This document shows positions 16,022-23,899 of a DNA stretch of 55,703 bases, piece after piece. The DNA is from a virus. Both the position numbers and the translations under genes were made by a program. The notes under the pieces are model-generated. The model saw only the letters and a program-made list of their open reading frames with translations. It searched no databases and was not told the DNA's origin. The stretch spans positions 1-55,703 of the IMG/VR virus record IMGVR_UViG_3300009709_000006; one strand, written 5' to 3'. Numbering within the stretch: the stretch's first letter is position 1; every line of letters begins with the position of its first letter.

Positions 16022-17124
16022 TGGCCGGAACCACTTGGACCAAGTTCTACTGGTCGGACTGGCTGTCCGATCCAGCAGTAAGAGCTTCATCGCTTCCGGC
16101 GAGGGGGCTTTGGATTGACATGCTCTGCATTGCGGCAGCGCACGACCCGATCGGCTACGTCGCGGTAGCAGGCAGGGGCCTTGATGAAACCGCCATCGCT
16201 CAACTGACCGGTGGGAAGGAATCCGAGGTCGCCTCCCTGTTGGGCGAGTTAGAACGAAACGGCGTGTTCTCCCGTGATCGGCATGGCCGCATCTATTCTC
16301 GCCGCATGGTGCGAGATGCAAAAAAAGCGGCAATTTCCAAGAAACAGGGGAAAGAAGGAGGCAACCCGGATATCCGTCGTGGAGTAGTTCCTAAAGCCCA
16401 GCGGGTGCGTCCTTACAGGCGCAGCGATAATCCAGCCAAAACCCAGCGCATCTTCGCAAAGGGAGGGGGAAAATGCCACTGGTGCAAAACGACCCTTGAT
16501 TGGAGCGAATCGGGACTCTTGCCCAACACGTTCCACGTCGATCATGTGGTCGCCGTCTGCGACGGCGGCACTAATGACGAGTCTAACTTAGTGTCGGCAT
16601 GCGCTTCGTGCAATCACGCAAGAGCCCGTATTGGTTGGATAAATCCATCCGACACTAACCCCGACACCAAGCCCCATATACCAGAAGCCATATACCAGAC
16701 TCCTTCGGAGTTATCTAACTCAGTCCCTATCGGTCCTGAGTTAGAGCGCGCGGGCGCGACGCCGGCTCAACGGGCCATGGCGCTTGAATTGATTGAGACG
16801 GTTCAATCTCCCGAAAAGCCAAAGCCCCCCAAACCGTCACGGCGCGCTCCATCCGCCTGGGCGCCGTCCGCCGCAACGATCCAAACCCTCACGGCAGAAG
16901 GCTACCAGCCGGGCCAGCTCGAACGCGAATTGGCGATTCTGCGAGACCACGAGTTCAAGACAGCACGCTCCGATTGGGACGCGTGCTTCCGAAATTGGGT
17001 TCGCCGATCGGCGCCGCAAAATTTGAGGGTTATCAATGAACAGCCTCGCTACAATAACCGAACGTCCGAATACGTTAGCAAGTTGCAAGATATCGGAGCC
17101 GCTATGGTCGCTGATTGCGAGTAA
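16021..17124 (+). CDS. DUF1376 (YdaU-like) replication-associated domain fused to an HNH endonuclease domain
   Basis: The N-terminus FYWSDWLSDPAVRASSLPARGLWIDMLC matches DUF1376. Mid-protein CHWCK...HVDHVVAVCDGGTNDESNLVSACASCNHAR is HNH. Confidence 0.7.
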   Translation: MAGTTWTKFYWSDWLSDPAVRASSLPARGLWIDMLCIAAAHDPIGYVAVAGRGLDETAIAQLTGGKESEVASLLGELERNGVFSRDRHGRIYSRRMVRDAKKAAISKKQGKEGGNPDIRRGVVPKAQRVRPYRRSDNPAKTQRIFAKGGGKCHWCKTTLDWSESGLLPNTFHVDHVVAVCDGGTNDESNLVSACASCNHARARIGWINPSDTNPDTKPHIPEAIYQTPSELSNSVPIGPELERAGATPAQRAMALELIETVQSPEKPKPPKPSRRAPSAWAPSAATIQTLTAEGYQPGQLERELAILRDHEFKTARSDWDACFRNWVRRSAPQNLRVINEQPRYNNRTSEYVSKLQDIGAAMVADCE

Positions 17125-17533
17125 TGATAAATCACAAGAGCGAGAAGAGGCGCTAACGACCCGCCCGGACTTGCTTGATGAAGTGATCAAGAAGGCGGAT
17201 AAGATACTTGCGGCTAACGCCCCTTGTGGAGAAAAAGCGGTTGTTGAACTGTTAAAATCTCCAGTTCTGGTGTTTGGCGTGGGAGACGCGGCCCGCTCGC
17301 CGGAGTTCTGGAAACCCTATCGCAGCCATTTGGGCGCACTGCCTTACGCAGCCGTTGAGGCGGCGATTCACGAGTACGTCGGCCTGCCGACGTCGGAGTT
17401 TTTCCCCAAGCCTGGCCCGCTCAAGGCTTTGGCCGAAAAGCACAACGCGCTGGTCTGGAAGGCCGTCGCAACCGTTCGCATAGCCCAGCGCCTGCGGGGC
17501 GCCGCGGCGGAAATTGAGGAGAAGGCGGCATGA
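17036..17533 (+). CDS. Hypothetical protein (start uncertain; the ORF overlaps the previous gene by 89 nt)
   Basis: ORF track. The true start may be a downstream non-ATG codon. Confidence 0.45.
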   Translation: MNSLATITERPNTLASCKISEPLWSLIASNDKSQEREEALTTRPDLLDEVIKKADKILAANAPCGEKAVVELLKSPVLVFGVGDAARSPEFWKPYRSHLGALPYAAVEAAIHEYVGLPTSEFFPKPGPLKALAEKHNALVWKAVATVRIAQRLRGAAAEIEEKAA

Positions 17534-17796
17534 ACAAGCCCGACGACACAGCACCCGTCTCAACCGCGCTCTTGGAGCGGATAGCCGCCCACAAGGCGAG
17601 CGCCGCCCAAGCCGCCCAGATCGCCCGTCAGCAGCAAGTGCAAACGCTCCTGGCTAAGTCCGAGATGGCCAAGCAGAACGCGTTTTACCACCAAGGCCAA
17701 GCTCTGGTCTTTGCGGTTAAGGGCCTTGAACTCGCGATGCAGGCCGCGGCACTGGTGGCTTCTGATTGGTCGCCACCTGCACCACCTGCGGCCTAG
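17530..17796 (+). CDS. Hypothetical protein
   Basis: ORF track. ATGA overlap. Confidence 0.5.
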   Translation: MNKPDDTAPVSTALLERIAAHKASAAQAAQIARQQQVQTLLAKSEMAKQNAFYHQGQALVFAVKGLELAMQAAALVASDWSPPAPPAA

Positions 17797-17868
17797 GTTC
17801 ACGTCGCCGAATTCGTGCATCTTCTAATATAAAAATGAAAAGTAGGAAAAAGTAAATGTAAATAAATG

Positions 17869-17896
17869 TTGAAATATTCTAAACTTTGAATATATT
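17869..17896 (+). promoter_or_regulatory. Sigma70-like promoter TTGAAA-N16-TATATT inside an ~85-bp extremely AT-rich tract (17821-17905)
   Basis: Read directly: TTGAAA at 17869-17874 and TATATT at 17891-17896. It lies 75 nt upstream of the ATG at 17971. Confidence 0.5.
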
Positions 17897-17970
17897 AATA
17901 TTTATCGCCGCGCCACTCACTGCATCGCGTCGCTGCTCCCCGCCACGCAAATCAACGCAAGGAATTTTTT

Positions 17971-18564
17971 ATGAAAACATCGGTCGCAACACTCACAATT
18001 CAAGGCCTAACGCCTTATTCTCAATCCTTTAAGCATGATGAACCAAAACTGGAAGGTGAAAGTCTGGACGCATACGACGCTAGAACGTGGCGCGCAAAAC
18101 TAAACACTGCTAAACGTGGCGGTTTATCAACCGTTGTGATTCCTGCTCACGGCCTTCACCAATCTATTGCTGCGGCGGCTAAATATTCAAAACGTCAGAT
18201 ACCGGGGCAGGGAAAAGCGACATGGACCGCTAAATTCCTCTCGGGCATTTCAATGCTTGAAGATCCAGCCTTAAACATTAACCCCGAAGACGTGCCGTCG
18301 ATCACAATTAACGCTAATGCAGATGGTGTGCGAGGGTCTGGAAAGCGCGTAACAAGACGGTTTCCGATCATGAATGATTGGTCGGCAACCTTCGACGTTT
18401 ACATTCTTGACCCCATCATCACGGAAGATGTGTTCCGAGAAATGGTGGATATCGCAGGCCTTTTTATTGGCATCGGTCGTTTTCGCCCCGAAAAAGGCGG
18501 AACGAACGGCCGTTTCAAGATTGAGCGTCTGATTTGGCAGGATAACCGTCAAGTCGCCGCTTGA
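17971..18564 (+). CDS. Island gene A: hypothetical protein, 197 aa, C-terminal Gly-rich motif GIGRFRPEKGGTNGRF
   Basis: ORF track. AAGGA SD. Visibly lower GC than the flanking genes. Confidence 0.7.
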   Translation: MKTSVATLTIQGLTPYSQSFKHDEPKLEGESLDAYDARTWRAKLNTAKRGGLSTVVIPAHGLHQSIAAAAKYSKRQIPGQGKATWTAKFLSGISMLEDPALNINPEDVPSITINANADGVRGSGKRVTRRFPIMNDWSATFDVYILDPIITEDVFREMVDIAGLFIGIGRFRPEKGGTNGRFKIERLIWQDNRQVAA

Positions 18565-18667
18565 TGCGCTCCACTTCGCAACGCTGCTCGTCGCACCGCT
18601 CCGCCCCTCATCGCGACGCCCCGCCACGCAACGTTTCTCTCTGTAAATCAAGACTCAAGAGGGTAAT

Positions 18668-19168
18668 ATGATCGCCACCGAAATCAGCCCAGACGTAGCC
18701 GCTTTAGTCCTTGCGTTTACTTCCGTCAGCCCAGGTCAAAAAATCGCATATAAAAATCTATCCGATGCCGTTGGCCGAGACGTGAGAAGTTGTTACTGGC
18801 TTGTCCTGCAAGCCCAAAAAATCGCGGCGCGCGATCATGGCGCCGTGTTCGCAAATGAGCGCGGGGTCGGCTTTCAGCGGCTGAAAACCGATGAATTGCA
18901 CACCGTTGGCCATACCGCACGGCGCCTTGTCCGTAGGAAGGTTAGACGCGCCGGCAAACTAATGCGCCAAGGCGCCGCCAAGGCCAATGATATTTCGCCT
19001 GAAGCAGGTCGGAAACTGAACGCCGAATTGTCTGCATTGGCGCTGATTGAGTACGCCGCAAGGGACGCTATGGCCGACCCGGTGAAAGTGCACGAGGAAC
19101 GGCCAGAGCCAGTAGCAATCACGGCGCGCCGGATGTTCGACGCGCTTGGTATATCGGTTTCGACTTGA
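18668..19168 (+). CDS. Island gene B: hypothetical protein, 166 aa
   Basis: ORF track. AAGAGGG SD. Confidence 0.65.
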   Translation: MIATEISPDVAALVLAFTSVSPGQKIAYKNLSDAVGRDVRSCYWLVLQAQKIAARDHGAVFANERGVGFQRLKTDELHTVGHTARRLVRRKVRRAGKLMRQGAAKANDISPEAGRKLNAELSALALIEYAARDAMADPVKVHEERPEPVAITARRMFDALGISVST

Positions 19169-19272
19169 TCCTCTCATACCCCTGCGGCCTAGTGTGTGAT
19201 CCCAAAATGTAGCGCGTTAACTTGCAAATCAACGAAATGTGGTAATCTAAACGCCAAATCTGGGGGTTCGCA

Positions 19273-20253
19273 ATGTTGACTCAGCAGCAGGATTTAAACG
19301 ATCAAATCGACGCGGAAAGTAACTGTGAGCCATCGCTTGAAATGATCGGCCCCATTCCGTTCGTGACGCCTCCAGGATTTTCGGCGCCATGGTTTATTGA
19401 TCTGGCGTTAAAAGATATCCGCGCGCGCGTTGACCGCCAATCCCAAGCTGAACAGCCCGATTATCGCGCTCTATCCCAAGAAATTGGGGCAATTGAACGT
19501 CAGATTGGCACAACGGCGGATCACGTTATTCAGGCAACGCGTGGAATGCAATTCGAGGCAGTTTCCGGTCGCCGTTCAAGCTCCGCTAAGCGCCGCGAAA
19601 AGTTGAACAAGACACGTCAACTTTCATCGACGAATTTAAATCCATTACAGGCTAAACGTTTGGATAAGATAAATCGAAAAATCGCGGCTGCGATATCGGC
19701 AAAGGATGAAAGCAACTTACAAAAAGCATTTGCTGAGGCTCGAAGTTTTCAAGAATCACTTTCGGAAAATGCAAATTCGTCTTGGGCGGCTGACGCAGTC
19801 CAGGAAACTTTGACGCTTGCTCATAGGCGAGGGGAAGCTGTACGATCACGGATCGGCGGCGGCGCGGTACGGCGAACCCAATTAAATATTCTGCTCTCAA
19901 ATGAGGAACTGACCCCGGAACAATACGAGGCTGGCAAGAGATACGGACACTTAGTTGAAAAGCTTCTCTCACCTCGGATCAAGTCGTGCCTTGATGACTC
20001 GGGTGGTGGTTTTGGGGTTCGAGCCGCCGAATCGCGCGCCGCCGCTGTAGAGGAGCGCGCGCAGGTTTGGCAATGGCTACGCCATGACGCGCGGATGATA
20101 ACGCTGTTGGATCGCGTCTGCGTCAACGACGAAAGCCTACACGCTATCGCTCGTGGTGACACTAAACAGCGGGCGCGCTTGGCAGAGCGTTTAGTTGACA
20201 CTCTAGAAATTTTGGCCGCCAAATATGAGCGGCCGCGATCAGCCGCTGCATAA
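19273..20253 (+). CDS. Island gene C: hypothetical protein, 326 aa, helical/charged
   Basis: ORF track. Confidence 0.65.
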   Translation: MLTQQQDLNDQIDAESNCEPSLEMIGPIPFVTPPGFSAPWFIDLALKDIRARVDRQSQAEQPDYRALSQEIGAIERQIGTTADHVIQATRGMQFEAVSGRRSSSAKRREKLNKTRQLSSTNLNPLQAKRLDKINRKIAAAISAKDESNLQKAFAEARSFQESLSENANSSWAADAVQETLTLAHRRGEAVRSRIGGGAVRRTQLNILLSNEELTPEQYEAGKRYGHLVEKLLSPRIKSCLDDSGGGFGVRAAESRAAAVEERAQVWQWLRHDARMITLLDRVCVNDESLHAIARGDTKQRARLAERLVDTLEILAAKYERPRSAAA

Positions 20254-20336
20254 TAGTATTGACGCCGCCCCGGTTTTGTGCGACCTATTCGTCTATCGGT
20301 TGTTCCTGCGTTCGCAGGCAGCTAATCCATTCGCAG

Positions 20337-20368
20337 CCCCCGCAGCCTCACAGCGCGGGGGTTTGCGT
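20337..20368 (+). terminator. Rho-independent terminator
   Basis: Stem CCCCCGC (20337-20343) pairs with GCGGGGG (20355-20361), followed by TTTGCGTT. Confidence 0.6.
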
Positions 20369-20495
20369 TCTAAAAACGCCTAGCGCCCCATACGGCGCCA
20401 CGACCAGGGAAGTGAGCCGTCGATCCCCTCCGACGCACGTATCAGCGCGGAATGTCAAATATCGGACGTAAGGCGGCCTAGGCGTTTTAAGTTGA

Positions 20496-20571
20496 TGCGG
20501 AATAGGGAAGTAGCCATCCCGCCTGGTTCATACCCAGGAGATCGCCGGTGCGAATCCGGCTTCCGCTCCCA
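20496..20571 (+). tRNA. tRNA-like element, anticodon CAU (Met/Ile2-type), non-canonical T and D loops
   Basis: Hand-folded cloverleaf. Acceptor 20496-20502/20561-20567 (6 bp plus a U:U at 1:72). U8. D stem GGGA/UCCC. Anticodon stem CCUGG/CCAGG with loop UUCAUAC. Variable loop AGAUC. T stem GCCGG/CCGGC with loop UGCGAAU. Encoded CCA. Confidence 0.45.
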
Positions 20572-20656
20572 CCATCGCGCTCCACAACGCCGACCAATTC
20601 GCCCCCTTGTTGAGCGGCTGACGTGCTGAGCGCGATACCCATACCGGAGCAACGCC

Positions 20657-20974
20657 ATGCTCAAGCCGGTCTCAGACAGCCGTGTCGAGGCCGGCGCCTT
20701 GGCGATCTTCGCCGGTGGAAAATCAGAGCGACCCGCGCGCGCCAAGGCGGCCGCAGCCATGGCGCTTCCGATTGAGCTGGTAGAGCGCCTTGTCGGCCCG
20801 ATGGGCTTGGCCGCCATGATCCGCGACCAGGTCCGCGGCGCGACCTTCCTGCCGATCGCCAGCCTGCGCCGCGTCGGAGACCGCTGGGTGGCTGAGATAG
20901 AGTTCGCCGCTCCCATCGGGCCCGAGCGTCAATCCGCCCTTGTGGTGATGCTAGGCGTCAAAGTTAGGCGCTGA
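20657..20974 (+). CDS. Hypothetical protein
   Basis: ORF track. GGAG SD. The antisense Arg-rich ORF 20455-20916 was rejected. Confidence 0.5.
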   Translation: MLKPVSDSRVEAGALAIFAGGKSERPARAKAAAAMALPIELVERLVGPMGLAAMIRDQVRGATFLPIASLRRVGDRWVAEIEFAAPIGPERQSALVVMLGVKVRR

Positions 20975-21178
20975 CGGAAAGCATGCTTTTTCTGCCAGCA
21001 AATCCATCAAAAGCTTAATCGCGCCCTCAAGCACGCATGGCCGTCCGGCGCACCACCCATCCAGGGTTGACGCCGGCACACGCAGTACCGCCGCCGCCTG
21101 GGTGCGGGTATAGCCCATGCGTTTGATCCAGGCGCGGAGGTCGGAAGAAAATGCGGGTTGGTCGGTCAAAATGACCAC
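20951..21178 (-). CDS. XRE-type HTH protein, 75 aa (antitoxin-like)
   Basis: The GTG at 21178 overlaps the upstream stop by 13 nt. Sequence FSSDLRAWIKRMGYTRTQAAAVLRVPASTLDGWCAGR. Confidence 0.55.
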   Translation of the reverse strand: MVILTDQPAFSSDLRAWIKRMGYTRTQAAAVLRVPASTLDGWCAGRPCVLEGAIKLLMDLLAEKACFPSAPNFDA

Positions 21179-21489
21179 GCCTGGGCTTGTTGGGGGGAGA
21201 ACAACTCGCCAGCGACTTCGCCGGCTTGATAGGTCGTCTCGCCCCAATTGGCCTCATCAAACCAATCGAATTGAGTGATGTCGATCATGTCGTCTTGCTC
21301 GAAAACTACCAACTTAGGCTCCAAGCCAAGCGCGTGGGCGGCGGCGAGGCGGTGCGATCCTTCCAGGGCCATGAAGTGGTCTCCGCAATCCACTACCCGG
21401 ATCGTGGGGGTGCCTAGGGCGGCCATCTCGGATTTCACCGCTTCCAGCCTGTCGGCGAAGGGGGCGTGGATCGAATAAATCGTGGCCAT
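21166..21489 (-). CDS. Stand-alone ParB/Srx-fold N-terminal-domain protein, 107 aa
   Basis: The ATG at 21489 has a GGAG SD. Motif IRVVDCGDHFMALEGSHRLAAAHALG resembles the ParBc core. Confidence 0.55.
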   Translation of the reverse strand: MATIYSIHAPFADRLEAVKSEMAALGTPTIRVVDCGDHFMALEGSHRLAAAHALGLEPKLVVFEQDDMIDITQFDWFDEANWGETTYQAGEVAGELFSPQQAQAWSF

Positions 21490-21587
21490 CTGACAATCTC
21501 CGCTTCGCCATCGGCGACAACCCATACATAGCAGTTTGCTATATATATGCAAGCGGAAAAGTGCAGCGGAGCGCAGAATGGAGAGCG

Positions 21588-21827
21588 ATGTCTAACCTAA
21601 CCCGCGCTCGCGCCAACATACGCCGCGCCGCCCGTGAGCAGCGCGATCCGAAGCGGGTGCGATTGTTTCGATCCGACTTCGACCTGCTGATGGCCGACTA
21701 TCTGCGAATGGCCATCTCTGAGGCCACAGCGGAACGTCAGACTCCCATCGACCACATGATCGACGCGGCGGTCATCCTGACCATCATGCCGCTTCTGGTG
21801 GCCGCTGGCTGGTTCCTGAGGTCCTGA
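21588..21827 (+). CDS. Hypothetical protein with C-terminal TM segment
   Basis: The internal ATG at 21588 has a GGAGAG SD. Confidence 0.5.
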   Translation: MSNLTRARANIRRAAREQRDPKRVRLFRSDFDLLMADYLRMAISEATAERQTPIDHMIDAAVILTIMPLLVAAGWFLRS

Positions 21828-21828
21828 C

Positions 21829-21948
21829 ATGCCGACCGAGCGCGATGCGCCCATGACGCCTCAACAATCCAATGGCGACGTCGTAATGCTGATCGGATGC
21901 ATCCTGATCATCGCTATCGTCTCATTCGGCGCCTGGGTTTCGGGATAA
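21829..21948 (+). CDS. Possible 39-aa membrane peptide
   Basis: My translation is MPTERDAPMTPQQSNGDVVMLIGCILIIAIVSFGAWVSG. It starts 1 nt after the previous stop. Confidence 0.35.
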   Translation: MPTERDAPMTPQQSNGDVVMLIGCILIIAIVSFGAWVSG

Positions 21949-22034
21949 TACCAACTAAAACTTGAACTGAGCCCAGCGAAGCCGGCGCGCTGGATAATCT
22001 CAAGCGCGACGGCTCCGAAAACTGGAGAACTATA

Positions 22035-22766
22035 ATGGCTAGAACAGAGCAGTTCGTCGCGAAAAACGGCCTTAACATGAACGGGGCCGGGTCAACGCAA
22101 GTACCGAACATGATCGTGGAGGCTGCTGGCGCCGTAGCCGCAGCGGGAAACTCCCAAGCGACCTCTACGCAGCTCGGAAGCCTTGAGGTCGTTACCGTGA
22201 CTTCTGCGACTGCGGGATCGGCACAAGGCGTGGCGCTGATTCAGTCAGTTCCAGGCATCGACCAAACCGTTGTGAACGCCACTGGTGTCCCAATTACGGT
22301 CTATGGGGTACAGGGCGGGTCTGACACCATCAATGGCCAGGCCAGCGTTGTGCAGCCGGCTTATTCGATCGTGGAGTACACTTGCGGCGCCGCCGGCTCT
22401 TGGGTCGCGTTGAACCTTGGAACGGGATACAGCACATCGTCAAGTATCCCGACGACATCATCAAAAGACGCGGTAAGCGCGGCTGGCACCACGAGCGCTA
22501 CAGCGTTTCAAATTACCACACAGATGACGCGCGTCACGGTTAACGGCGGTTCGCCGGCCGGCGTAACGCTTCCGCCTGCCTTCCCCGGTTATAGCGGAAT
22601 TGTGCTTATGAACGCGTCCGCGACACCTCTAGTGATTTACGGCGCGGGATCGGATCAAATTAATCACTCGGGCGCGACGGCGGCGACGTATTCCCTTGCT
22701 GCTGGTCAAACCGCTCAGTTTTTTACGACCGTCGCTGGAACTTGGCACGTCTCAGTTAGCGCGTAA
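22035..22766 (+). CDS. Hypothetical beta-rich protein with an internal two-fold duplication
   Basis: ORF track. Both halves end in ...G.W..... Confidence 0.6.
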   Translation: MARTEQFVAKNGLNMNGAGSTQVPNMIVEAAGAVAAAGNSQATSTQLGSLEVVTVTSATAGSAQGVALIQSVPGIDQTVVNATGVPITVYGVQGGSDTINGQASVVQPAYSIVEYTCGAAGSWVALNLGTGYSTSSSIPTTSSKDAVSAAGTTSATAFQITTQMTRVTVNGGSPAGVTLPPAFPGYSGIVLMNASATPLVIYGAGSDQINHSGATAATYSLAAGQTAQFFTTVAGTWHVSVSA

Positions 22767-22795
22767 TCACAATCAGATCAGAAAGGATATTTTGC

Positions 22796-22951
22796 ATGAA
22801 ATCTCCCGAACCATCCCAGCCTCAGATGGAAAAAGACATAAGTGAGCCCAAGATGGGCAAGTCCGTGTCCTCCGGCGCCAAGAAGCCCAAGCATGATGGC
22901 CAGATCAAAAAAGGCCAAGTCACCTACAAGGGCGGAAAGGCCTATATGTGA
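22796..22951 (+). CDS. Possible 51-aa Lys-rich protein
   Basis: GAAAGGA SD. The stop overlaps the next ATG (TGATG). Confidence 0.4.
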   Translation: MKSPEPSQPQMEKDISEPKMGKSVSSGAKKPKHDGQIKKGQVTYKGGKAYM

Positions 22952-23190
22952 TGTCGGCCGACGACATTGCCTTTAGAAATATGTGGCGTCCAAGTCCTAA
23001 CGCTCAATATCCGGCTTGGGTTGATCGCCAAAACGACGATGAATTCGCTCAACGCGAATTGGAATCGCGGGAGGCTAAGTCAAAGCTGTCAGGTTCGGAA
23101 TTTGAGCCATTGACGGATTATGAGGCTGTCGCGTGCGCTAACGCTTTGACTGATTTTTTGATCGGAGAATCAAAGCATGGCCAAGGTTAA
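22951..23190 (+). CDS. Hypothetical protein
   Basis: ORF track 22948-23190. Confidence 0.5.
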   Translation: MSADDIAFRNMWRPSPNAQYPAWVDRQNDDEFAQRELESREAKSKLSGSEFEPLTDYEAVACANALTDFLIGESKHGQG

Positions 23191-23296
23191 GCGATTTGCT
23201 CCAACGAAGCTGCCGAAAACCATTAGCGCCGGCAAGCAGACCGCCCAAGACAAGGGTACTTTGTTCGCAAAGCCAAAGGCCAAGTAGGCGTTTCCG

Positions 23297-23899
23297 ATGG
23301 CGTTTGATTGGGATGCGGTTGAGCGCGAATTTCGAACCGGACAAGATTCCGTGTCGAAAATCAGTAGAAAATTTGGCGTGAGCCATACCGCGATCAATAA
23401 GCGCGCCAAACGTGAAGGGTGGACAAGAAACCTGTTTCCAAAAGAGCAGAGTGAGGGTTTAGCTCCCAAGGTTTCAGCCGAGGTTGCAATTCCGGTTTCG
23501 GCCGCTTTGAAACCTGAAACTACAAAAAAGGAATATCCGAACTTAAAGCGCATTCCTCCTGGCCAAAGCGGCAATCCCGCAGGGCGCCCGGTGGGGTCGC
23601 GAAACAAGCTCGGCGAGGCGTTTATCGAAGCGCTCCACAACGATTTTACGGTTCATGGGCCGAAGGTCATTGAGACTGTCAGGGTCGATAAGCCCGATCA
23701 GTACCTAAAGGTCATCGCCACGATTTTGCCCAAGCAGGTCGAAATTAAAGAGGGCGCTTTTGATGGGATTGGCGATGAAGAACTCGCCGCTCTTCTCGTT
23801 GCAGCCCGATCGGCTCTCGGCGTTAATGGCGGCGATGGAGCGGGAACAAGCGCAGAGAATTTCGCGCAACCGACTGAAACACTATCGAAGCTACATTAA
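23297..23899 (+). CDS. terS: Terminase small subunit (HTH N-terminus, SGNPAGRP motif)
   Basis: SVSKISRKFGVSHTAINKRAKREGW plus GQSGNPAGRPVGSRNK. It lies immediately upstream of TerL. Confidence 0.6.
   Translation: MAFDWDAVEREFRTGQDSVSKISRKFGVSHTAINKRAKREGWTRNLFPKEQSEGLAPKVSAEVAIPVSAALKPETTKKEYPNLKRIPPGQSGNPAGRPVGSRNKLGEAFIEALHNDFTVHGPKVIETVRVDKPDQYLKVIATILPKQVEIKEGAFDGIGDEELAALLVAARSALGVNGGDGAGTSAENFAQPTETLSKLH

Noticed and set aside
17821-17905. AT-rich tract as replication origin
   Set aside because: I saw no iterons or DnaA-box-like repeats. A near-consensus promoter explains the tract at least as well. Origin function is left as an untested possibility.
20373-20488. Retron-like msr/msd (flanking 11-bp inverted repeats)
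   Set aside because: No reverse transcriptase motif (YxDD) was seen in any ORF of the window. The inverted repeats alone are not diagnostic.
20455-20916. 153-aa minus-strand ORF covering the tRNA-like element
   Set aside because: It is Arg/Ser/Ala-rich junk composition, antisense to the better plus ORF 20657-20974, and it runs through structured non-coding sequence.
23177-23287. 36-aa Lys-rich ORF (MAKVKRFAPTKLPK...) before terS
   Set aside because: It overlaps the end of the previous ORF, has no clear SD and is very short. Support is insufficient to list it as a feature.
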